From: Candidatus Falkowbacteria bacterium RIFOXYD12_FULL_34_57
GTDB taxonomy: Bacteria; Patescibacteriota; Patescibacteriia; Patescibacteriales; UBA12075
Length of the DNA stretch: 63,241 nt
Assembly: GCA_001780285.1 (NCBI GenBank)
Contig: MFGN01000006.1
Location: 1 to 63,241 of the forward strand
Reading direction: 5' to 3'
The notes under the pieces were generated by a model. It had not been told where the DNA came from, did no database searches, and worked only from the letters and a program-made list of their open reading frames with translations. The position numbers and the translations under genes are program-made. This document shows positions 57,556 through 63,241 of the stretch, in pieces (the stretch's first letter is position 1; every line of letters starts with the position of its first letter).

Positions 57556-57803
57556 TTACTTTTTCCTCCTTTTGTTGGTATTTTTAGTTAAATTTATAAA
57601 ACTTATATATTAAGCTACTATTTTAAAAGAACAAAAAAACCGATTGCTTTTAAACAATCGGTTTTGGTATTTGAATTTTTAATTCACTAATTTACATAAC
57701 CAAAACCGATCCAACTAACAGTTGAATCAAAATAATAATTAAATTCTGGTTGAATATATTTTTCATATTGGATTTATTATAACACAGCCATAAAAAAAAT
57801 CAA
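57556..57803 (-). promoter_or_regulatory. Promoter plus leader-ORF transcription attenuator L1 (Ile/Leu-rich)
   Basis: TTGATT (57798-57803), 16 nt, TGtTATAAT (57776-57781), 9 nt, ATG. S0 is AACCAGAA (57744-57751). S1 is AUCGGUUUUGGU (57699-57710). S2 is ACCAAAACCGAUUG (57655-57670). The terminator is 57633-57665 with U7. Confidence 0.7.
57692..57766 (-). CDS. Leader ORF L1 (24 aa)
   Basis: MKNIFNQNLIIILIQLLVGSVLVM. Its stop codon directly follows segment S1. Confidence 0.5.
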   Translation of the reverse strand: MKNIFNQNLIIILIQLLVGSVLVM

Positions 57804-57827
57804 GAGGCATCTGTTTTTGATGCCTCT
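57803..57827. terminator. Hairpin terminator after ATP-grasp 2 / element C
   Basis: agaggcatc-tgttttt-gatgcctct with T/A runs on both sides. Confidence 0.7.
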
Positions 57828-57838
57828 TTTATCTTTTT

Positions 57839-57965
57839 CAAGAAAAGCCTGAAAGAATTTTTGATGTCCGCCTCAGGCGAAAGCGTAATGAATAACAAAA
57901 TATTTAATGTTAAACATTTTTTTACTTGATAAATAGTAAAAAATAGAAATTTCTATACGATTAAA
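57839..57965. repeat. Intergenic repeat element, decayed copy C
   Basis: Reads aagaaaagcctgaaagaatttttgatgtccgcctcaggcgaaagcgtaatgaataa...taaacatttttttacttgataaatagtaaaaaata...tttctatacgattaaa. It retains the ends and the AT-rich block of copy B. It lacks one GC hairpin and the whole CCCCC/GGGGG module. Its end overlaps the stop codon of ATP-grasp 2. Confidence 0.8.
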
Positions 57966-59148
57966 TTAATTTTTCAAATTTTTCCTTAATCCGCAATATT
58001 TCCTCCTCGTTATTTCCGAGAAAAACCACGCCGATGCTGCCATAGAGGACACTTCCCCAGTTAATAACCACCACTCCGTTCTTTTTAGTCCGATCATAAG
58101 CCAACTCGCTCAAATCCAAAAAATCCAAACTGCTATGATTAATATCATAAGACATACTGTTCCAATTTCTGGCACCAAGGCGTCTGGCTACCAAAAGCGG
58201 GTATGAAGCACCGGTATATCTAGGATTACATTCCAACATTTTATACTGATTACCGTTATTAGTTTTAATTACGGCCACATCTATACCAAAATAACCGCGC
58301 ATTCCATTCTTATACATATAATTTGCTACCGGATCGGTAATTGGGCGCAAATCATACGACACCGGCCCCCGATTTCCCTTATAAATAGCGCCGTCCAGAA
58401 TCTGTTCGGTGGTAGCCACAAAACTCAGCCCCGCATCAGAGATATAATATTGCGCGCTGGCAAAAACATCTGTTCCGGCATCTTCCTGAATCTGAAAACG
58501 GCAACCATCCTTCACATTTTCTAAATATCGACAAACCTCATCCATGCTTTTTACTGTCTCTGAGCCCATACCGGAAATAGATTTAGATAGTTTCAACCAT
58601 TGTTTTTTGGAAAAATCAATATTTGCATTATCTAATTCTGCACGAGAATTAAAACAAGTGGTTTTCGGAATAGCTAAACCTAGTTTTTGGCACAAAATTA
58701 TAAAATCATTTTTTTCATTCATTTCTTTAACAATTTGATGCCAAGAATCGTTTGGTATAGACTCATGAGCTTTATCACCGAAGAAAAAAACAGATAACCC
58801 ATAATCACGAAAATTCTTAAGCAAATTGCCGGTAGTTACAAAACTATCATTCCATATTATACTTCCGGCAACTTCCAGACCCACTTCCCGATAATGGCTG
58901 CTTATCCATGGATATAAGCCTTTTAAAGCTTGATTAAACTGTACAACATCTTCTTTGTGCGTAATGCAAAAAACTCTGCTGGCATGACCGCGCACGCCAA
59001 GCTTTTCGGATAATTCTTCTGAATCAGCATACTCATTAGACTCTTTTGATACTTCCCTGATAGGGTAATCACCGACTGCGTCAGTAACTTCATGGTTGAT
59101 AACCATTCCAATCTCTCCGTCCGTCCTGTGGTTTAATACTTCACTCAT
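57961..59148 (-). CDS. ATP-grasp fold ligase, paralog 2 (substrate unknown)
   Basis: The track ORF starts at GTG 59151. The ATG at 59148 (MSEVLNH) lies 6 nt after AAGGAG. Has WLKLSKSISGMGSETV, RFQIQED and ECNPRYTGASYP. Confidence 0.8.
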   Translation of the reverse strand: MSEVLNHRTDGEIGMVINHEVTDAVGDYPIREVSKESNEYADSEELSEKLGVRGHASRVFCITHKEDVVQFNQALKGLYPWISSHYREVGLEVAGSIIWNDSFVTTGNLLKNFRDYGLSVFFFGDKAHESIPNDSWHQIVKEMNEKNDFIILCQKLGLAIPKTTCFNSRAELDNANIDFSKKQWLKLSKSISGMGSETVKSMDEVCRYLENVKDGCRFQIQEDAGTDVFASAQYYISDAGLSFVATTEQILDGAIYKGNRGPVSYDLRPITDPVANYMYKNGMRGYFGIDVAVIKTNNGNQYKMLECNPRYTGASYPLLVARRLGARNWNSMSYDINHSSLDFLDLSELAYDRTKKNGVVVINWGSVLYGSIGVVFLGNNEEEILRIKEKFEKLI

Positions 59149-59405
59149 CACTTTCTCCTTTTTTGAAAAATTAAATTGATAATATATTACTAAAAAATTT
59201 CAAGGAACAAAAAATATAACTAAAAAACCGATTCTTTTCAAATCGGTTTTTTGTATGTCATTTAAAATTTTAATTTAAATTTTTGCACACACCAAAACCG
59301 ATCTGCTAAAAAAGTAGAAAAAGAAAAATGAATAGGTTTTGGTGATTAAATTTTTCATAAATTTATTATTATATACATGATAGCAAAAAATATAACAAAA
59401 GTCAA
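59149..59405 (-). promoter_or_regulatory. Promoter plus leader-ORF transcription attenuator L2 (Phe-rich)
   Basis: TTGACT (59400-59405), 17 nt, TATCAT. A TATAAT (59368-59373) lies 9 nt before the ATG. S0 is CACCAAAACC (59335-59344). S1 lies within 59286-59304. S2 is 59241-59257. The terminator is 59222-59250 with U6. Confidence 0.75.
59275..59358 (-). CDS. Leader ORF L2 (27 aa)
   Basis: MKNLITKTYSFFFFYFFSRSVLVCAKI. Confidence 0.55.
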   Translation of the reverse strand: MKNLITKTYSFFFFYFFSRSVLVCAKI

Positions 59406-59443
59406 TAGTTTTTGATTACTTTTTATATGTTTTTGCTAATATT

Positions 59444-59473
59444 AAAAAACTCGCCTTATTTATAAAGCGAGTT
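59444..59473 (-). terminator. Intrinsic terminator after 59488..59862
   Basis: Minus strand: aactcgc-tttataaataag-gcgagtt followed by ttttt. Confidence 0.7.
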
Positions 59474-59487
59474 ATTTCTGAAAAAAA

Positions 59488-59862
59488 TTATTTATGAAGA
59501 GAAACAATTTCCTCTCCAATGGTTGTAAAATTGGCATCCAGCCATTCCGGAAGCCTTTCGTTTAATTCCCGGATGCATTCTTCTTTTTCCAAATCTTGAT
59601 GTTTTTTATAAATTTCCCAAAATATCTTAAGGCCTGTGTGAGTATTACTGATAATTCTTATAGCTACCTCTTGGTTTGGAACAATATTTTTTTCTTCATG
59701 ATCCACACAGGAAAATTTTACAACATATTTATCGTTTAAGCTGATAAACCCGGATTGCAATAAAAATCTATCCACATCTTTTAACTTAAGTTTTTCAAAA
59801 AGCCTCTCAAACATAGCGACTTTCATCAATTTTTCTGTCATTACCTTCTTCTTTTCTGTCAT
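59488..59862 (-). CDS. Hypothetical protein (124 aa)
   Basis: AGGAGG precedes the ATG. The start region contains an 18-nt direct repeat (59831-59848 and 59852-59869) that duplicates the SD-like GAAGG plus ATGACAGAAAA. Confidence 0.55.
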   Translation of the reverse strand: MTEKKKVMTEKLMKVAMFERLFEKLKLKDVDRFLLQSGFISLNDKYVVKFSCVDHEEKNIVPNQEVAIRIISNTHTGLKIFWEIYKKHQDLEKEECIRELNERLPEWLDANFTTIGEEIVSLHK

Positions 59863-59889
59863 TACCTTCCTCCTTTTAATTTTCTGTAT

Positions 59890-60351
59890 TTATTTCCAAA
59901 ATATTTGAACGTGTAAATTCTTGATGCCGTGTTCGTGTTTTCTGCAAACCCCCCTGATACCCAAAAGATTGTTCTGAATAGCCCCGGAAAAACCGGGAAA
60001 ATTTTTCAAATCTCCGCTTTCCAGCAAAGCCCTCTCTTCTTCTTTAAGACGCCTGCTGGTCTCAATCCGGATAAAAAAACCATTTTTTTCTTCTTTTTCT
60101 TTCTGTGATGCCAGCACATATATGGGCGTACCGGCCGGAGTTTCAAGATAGGGATTCAGGAAACAATCCCATTCTTCCCTCATGCATCGAAAAAGACCGC
60201 TGATATTTTTTAATAAATCATTCAAAAATTCATCCGGCAAATACCGATACTGGCTGCGCATATCATCTACATAATCTGCAATCTTTCCCTTCAATCCATT
60301 ATCCTGATACTCAGGAATACTGATTATTTTAATAAATGCCTGTTCTGCCAT
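59890..60351 (-). CDS. Hypothetical protein (153 aa)
   Basis: TAGGAGG lies 5 nt before the ATG. No recognisable motif. Confidence 0.55.
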   Translation of the reverse strand: MAEQAFIKIISIPEYQDNGLKGKIADYVDDMRSQYRYLPDEFLNDLLKNISGLFRCMREEWDCFLNPYLETPAGTPIYVLASQKEKEEKNGFFIRIETSRRLKEEERALLESGDLKNFPGFSGAIQNNLLGIRGVCRKHEHGIKNLHVQIFWK

Positions 60352-60444
60352 TTCTACCTCCTATGGTTAATAATTAAGTTAATGTACAAATAAAAATATA
60401 TAAAAAACTTTAAAAACAAAGTTCAAAATATGTTAGCACAAAAA

Positions 60445-62016
60445 TTAAATTGTGTCAAGTCTGGGAAAAAGCGAATCCCCGGGCTGTGCCTTTGTATCAC
60501 TTTTTAATAAGCCAAATTTAATATTATCTTCCAAATTCTTGGAAATCTCTTCATGAAAATCAAGCCCCAGTCTTGTTATTATTTTTTCGGATACTTCCGG
60601 CATAAAAGGAAAAAGCATCAGGGCCACATGCCTCAATCTCTCTAAAATATTATACATAATAATACCAGTATCTTTATTTCCTTCCTTAATCATTACCCAT
60701 GGCTGATGCTCGGTAATATAGCCGTCTAAATATTTTTGTTCATTCATAACCACTTCCAATGCCTTGTCAATTTCAATATTTTTCATATGATTTTTATAAT
60801 CTTTCCAATTCTTATTAATGTCTTTATTTAATATGCGTCCGCCCCATTTTTTTAATTTTTCTTCAGTATCCGGCCTTTCAACGCATACGGGAATACTTAA
60901 ACCAGCCAGGCGCATTTTGTCTGCCAAGGTTATAGAACGCGCAACTAAATTACCAATACCATTAGCTAAATCAGCATTGAACTTCTCATTGAATTTTTCC
61001 CAAGAAATATCACCATCGCGACCAAAAGTAGCAGCGCTCATTAGCAGGTAACGCGTACCATCCACGCCGTATTTTTGTACCAAATCTCCAGGCGCAATTA
61101 CATTACCGATGGATTTACTCATTTTCTGCCCGTCCACCAAAAAATAACCGTGCACGAAATATTTTTTAGGTAAAGGAATTTCCAATGCCAAAAGCATTGC
61201 TGGCCAGATGCTGGCATGTACCCGCAAAATATCTTTAGCCATTAATTGCACATCAGCAGGCCACATCTCCGGTACTTTCTTCGGATCTCCGGTCCAGCCG
61301 ATTCCGGTTAGGTAGTTCAAAAACGCCTCCATCCACACATAGGCCGTATGTTCTCTGTCCCACGGAAGCTCTATTCCCCACTTTATATTCTTGCGAGAGC
61401 AAGCAATATCCGCAAGACCATTATTTTTATAAAAACTCAATACTTCATTTTTGCGGGTTTTGGGACGAATCTTAAATTCATCGCCCTCAATTTTTTTAAG
61501 AAGCTCGTCTTGAAAAGCGGAAAGTTTGAACATATAACAATCTTCTTTCATTTCCTCCGGCTCCGTGCCATGATCCGGGCACTTGCCGTCTACCAAATCT
61601 TTCTCGGTTTTATACTGTTCACAACCGACACAATAGAGCCCCTTATACTCTCCTTTGTAAATAAAACCTTTATCATACAAATGCTGCAAAGCTTTTTGTG
61701 AAGCTTTTATATGGCGCTTATCAGTTGTGCGAATAAAACCATCATTGGTAATAGCCAAATTATCCCAGACTAACTCAAATTTGGCGACAAGCTCATCTGT
61801 AAACTCCTGCGGAGATTTTCCTGCCCTTTTGGCATACTCAGCTATTTTAGCTCCATGCTCATCCGTCCCTGTCAGAAAAAATGTCTTATCTCCAACCATC
61901 CGGTGAAAACGCGCTAAAACATCAGCAGCGAGAGTAGTGTAAGTACTGCCAATATGCGGATCAGCGTTTGCATAATATATCGGAGTGACTACATAAAATT
62001 TATTTTTTGAACTCAT
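60445..62016 (-). CDS. metG: Methionine--tRNA ligase (short form, no C-terminal tRNA-binding appendix)
   Basis: 523 aa. Has ADPHIGSTYT (HIGH), a CVGCEQY...CPDHG zinc knuckle and KMSKS. Its own TTGCAT-17-TACTAT promoter lies at about 62040-62068. Confidence 0.93.
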   Translation of the reverse strand: MSSKNKFYVVTPIYYANADPHIGSTYTTLAADVLARFHRMVGDKTFFLTGTDEHGAKIAEYAKRAGKSPQEFTDELVAKFELVWDNLAITNDGFIRTTDKRHIKASQKALQHLYDKGFIYKGEYKGLYCVGCEQYKTEKDLVDGKCPDHGTEPEEMKEDCYMFKLSAFQDELLKKIEGDEFKIRPKTRKNEVLSFYKNNGLADIACSRKNIKWGIELPWDREHTAYVWMEAFLNYLTGIGWTGDPKKVPEMWPADVQLMAKDILRVHASIWPAMLLALEIPLPKKYFVHGYFLVDGQKMSKSIGNVIAPGDLVQKYGVDGTRYLLMSAATFGRDGDISWEKFNEKFNADLANGIGNLVARSITLADKMRLAGLSIPVCVERPDTEEKLKKWGGRILNKDINKNWKDYKNHMKNIEIDKALEVVMNEQKYLDGYITEHQPWVMIKEGNKDTGIIMYNILERLRHVALMLFPFMPEVSEKIITRLGLDFHEEISKNLEDNIKFGLLKSDTKAQPGDSLFPRLDTI

Positions 62017-62094
62017 ATTTTTATTAAATTTATTGCTTAATTAACTACTTTAATAGTATCTAAAAAACCAAATCAATGCAAATAATAGATAGAT

Positions 62095-62119
62095 AAGACC
62101 CGACACTTTGTCGGGTCTT
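62095..62119 (-). terminator. Hairpin after the 62-aa gene
   Basis: aagacccgaca-ctt-tgtcgggtctt. The U tract is weak. Confidence 0.55.
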
Positions 62120-62127
62120 GGCACGTT

Positions 62128-62316
62128 CTACTCTACAAAGAATATAATTTTTGATTCTTCTCCCCTTTTGATTTCTTTAATTTGATATATAGGCACAAAC
62201 ATCCGAATCGGTCTTTCTGCATTTCCTGCATTATACCCTTTAGCTTTTTCATAGTTTTTTAATTTCGTAAATTCTTCTGCGGAAAAAAATACCTCTACTG
62301 TTGCATACTGCGTCAT
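62128..62316 (-). CDS. Small hypothetical protein (62 aa) controlled by attenuator L3
   Basis: GGAGG lies 8 nt before the ATG. Sequence is MTQYATVEVFFSAEEFTKLKNYEKAKGYNAGNAERPIRMFVPIYQIKEIKRGEESKIIFFVE. Confidence 0.6.
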   Translation of the reverse strand: MTQYATVEVFFSAEEFTKLKNYEKAKGYNAGNAERPIRMFVPIYQIKEIKRGEESKIIFFVE

Positions 62317-62543
62317 TTTTTTGCCTCCTTTTTGGGTTATTAAAGAACTATTGATTAAAAATTAAAAAAACCGATTATTTTTTAAATAATCGGTTTTTAT
62401 ATATGTAATTTTAATTTTGATATCAAATATTTTTACACATTAAAACCGACCTGTTTTAACCAAAACAGGTGCATGTATGAATAGATTCTTGTGTAAATAT
62501 TTTTCATATATTAAATACTAGCAAAGAAAAAAATATCAGTCAA
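62317..62543 (-). promoter_or_regulatory. Promoter plus leader-ORF transcription attenuator L3 (Tyr/aromatic-rich)
   Basis: TTGACT (62538-62543), 17 nt, TAGTAT (62515-62520), 7 nt, ATG. S0 is UUUACACA (62490-62497). S1 is UCGGUUUUAAUGUGUA. S2 is UACAUAUAUAAAAACCGAUUAU. The terminator is 62364-62398 with U7. Confidence 0.65.
62433..62507 (-). CDS. Leader ORF L3 (24 aa)
   Basis: MKNIYTRIYSYMHLFWLKQVGFNV. Confidence 0.45.
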   Translation of the reverse strand: MKNIYTRIYSYMHLFWLKQVGFNV

Positions 62544-62557
62544 GAAGTGACTGGTTT

Positions 62558-62977
62558 GTGGCGAGTTTGTTATATATTATGATCGCCTTAATTATTTTAA
62601 TAGTTACAATTATAGCTACATATATTTTAATATTTTCTTCTTGGTTATTTGACAGTTTTACTGTAGTTAATTTTTGGTGGGGCTTAGGAGCAATTATTTC
62701 TATGATACTTATTTCAGATGTACTAACTAAAATTTTAGCCTTTCTAATTGTTTATTACGAAAAACCTAAAATAACAAGAAATGCAATTAGATTACTAACG
62801 AGTAGTAAATCAATAAAAGAGCTAGAAAATAATATTGAGAAAGTAAAAGAACAAATATTCAATTCGGTTTTTGCAGAAAAAGGTTGCAATTTTTTTAACT
62901 CTTCTCGTCTTTTAGATGAAGAAAGTATTAATTCAGCAATAAGAAAAACGGCAAAAAAACTTGAATGTAATAATTAA
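62558..62977 (+). CDS. Small membrane protein (hypothetical)
   Basis: 139 aa from GTG 62558 (alternative ATG at 62579). Two or three TM helices followed by a helical tail. Confidence 0.5.
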   Translation: MASLLYIMIALIILIVTIIATYILIFSSWLFDSFTVVNFWWGLGAIISMILISDVLTKILAFLIVYYEKPKITRNAIRLLTSSKSIKELENNIEKVKEQIFNSVFAEKGCNFFNSSRLLDEESINSAIRKTAKKLECNN

Positions 62978-63069
62978 ATTAATTATAAATTTTTGCTTTA
63001 AATATAAATTTAGAGCTTTTATTTTATCAAAAAAGTTCCAATGACGTCCCACTATCTTCGCTAAATAAT

Positions 63070-63095
63070 AAAAACCGTTCAAAGACGGTTTTTTA
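63070..63095. terminator. Hairpin terminator
   Basis: aaaaaccgt-tcaaaga-cggtttttt. Confidence 0.7.
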
Positions 63096-63100
63096 TCTTG

Positions 63101-63184
63101 CGGAGAGTGTGGGATTCGAACCCACGTAGGCGTTAACCTACCCGCTTTCCAAGCGGGCGCCATAGGCCTCTAGGCGAACTCTCC
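63101..63184 (-). tRNA. tRNA-Ser (anticodon GGA), type II, no encoded CCA
   Basis: Minus strand: GGAGAGT-TC-GCC-TAGAGGCCTAT-GGC-G-CCCGC-TTGGAAA-GCGGG-TAGGTTAACGCCTAC-GTGGG-TTCGAAT-CCCAC-ACTCTCC-G. Confidence 0.9.
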
Positions 63185-63241
63185 TAATTTATATTATTCC
63201 TAATCTTTTAAATAATTTCTCTTTTTCTTGATTATGATTTT

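Noticed and set aside
57692-62507. The three short ORFs as RiPP precursors (graspetide/microviridin-like) for the adjacent ATP-grasp enzymes
   Set aside because: The peptides are only 24-27 aa and contain no Asp or Glu and almost no Lys/Thr/Ser pattern for ester or amide macrocyclisation. They share nucleotide conservation rather than peptide conservation, and the conserved core is read in different frames. Each ORF end is complementary to the terminator arm. One unit has no ligase downstream. Attenuation explains these facts better, but a stable hydrophobic peptide product is not excluded.
62933-63163. Minus-strand ORF of 76 aa
   Set aside because: It overlaps tRNA-Ser(GGA) (63101..63184) and a terminator hairpin. 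No RBS is present.

Overview
AT-rich, tightly packed, mostly minus-strand bacterial window. No rRNA, CRISPR array, transposase or integrase was seen. The gene content suggests a small-genome CPR/Patescibacteria-type organism; this is inference only. That content is a lower-glycolysis block (pgk, eno, two tandem gpmI), a complete V/A-type ATPase operon, giant Cys-rich surface proteins, a pseudopilin and many small membrane proteins.

Recognisable genes:
- Housekeeping: rseP, maf, thrS, dnaE, parB/parA, groES/groEL, tatD, cvpA, metG, tRNA-Leu(CAA), tRNA-Ser(GGA).
- Envelope and transport: a GH130-like gene broken by a frameshift, an O-antigen-ligase/TPR membrane protein, an AI-2E transporter.
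- Accessory enzymes: an M20 peptidase, a Kazal-domain secreted protein, two paralogous ATP-grasp ligases.

Regulatory RNA and DNA read directly from the sequence:
- A Thr T-box leader upstream of thrS.
- A CIRCE operator with a sigma70-like promoter upstream of groES.
- Many TTGACA-17-TAnnAT promoters and intrinsic terminators.

Most interesting observations:
1. Three paralogous units on the minus strand (57.6, 59.2 and 62.4 kb). Each has a promoter, an apparently leaderless 24-27 codon ORF starting ATGAAAAAT, and mutually exclusive S0:S1 / S1:S2 / S2:S3 pairings that end in a U-tailed terminator. Each sits in front of a monocistronic gene: two ATP-grasp ligases and a 62-aa protein. The ORFs are biased to Ile/Leu, to Phe (FFFFYFF) and to Tyr/aromatic residues. 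This looks like classical ribosome-mediated attenuation controlling uncharacterised ligases.
2. A modular intergenic repeat family with GC-rich hairpins, present in three copies (31.4, 53.8 and 57.9 kb).
3. A 1865-aa surface protein combining Cys-rich/MopE-like modules, two endostatin/DUF1554-like domains, five Ig-like repeats and a C-terminal clan-CD (C25-like) peptidase domain. It contains near-identical internal DNA repeats.

All family assignments come from motif reading, not from searches.
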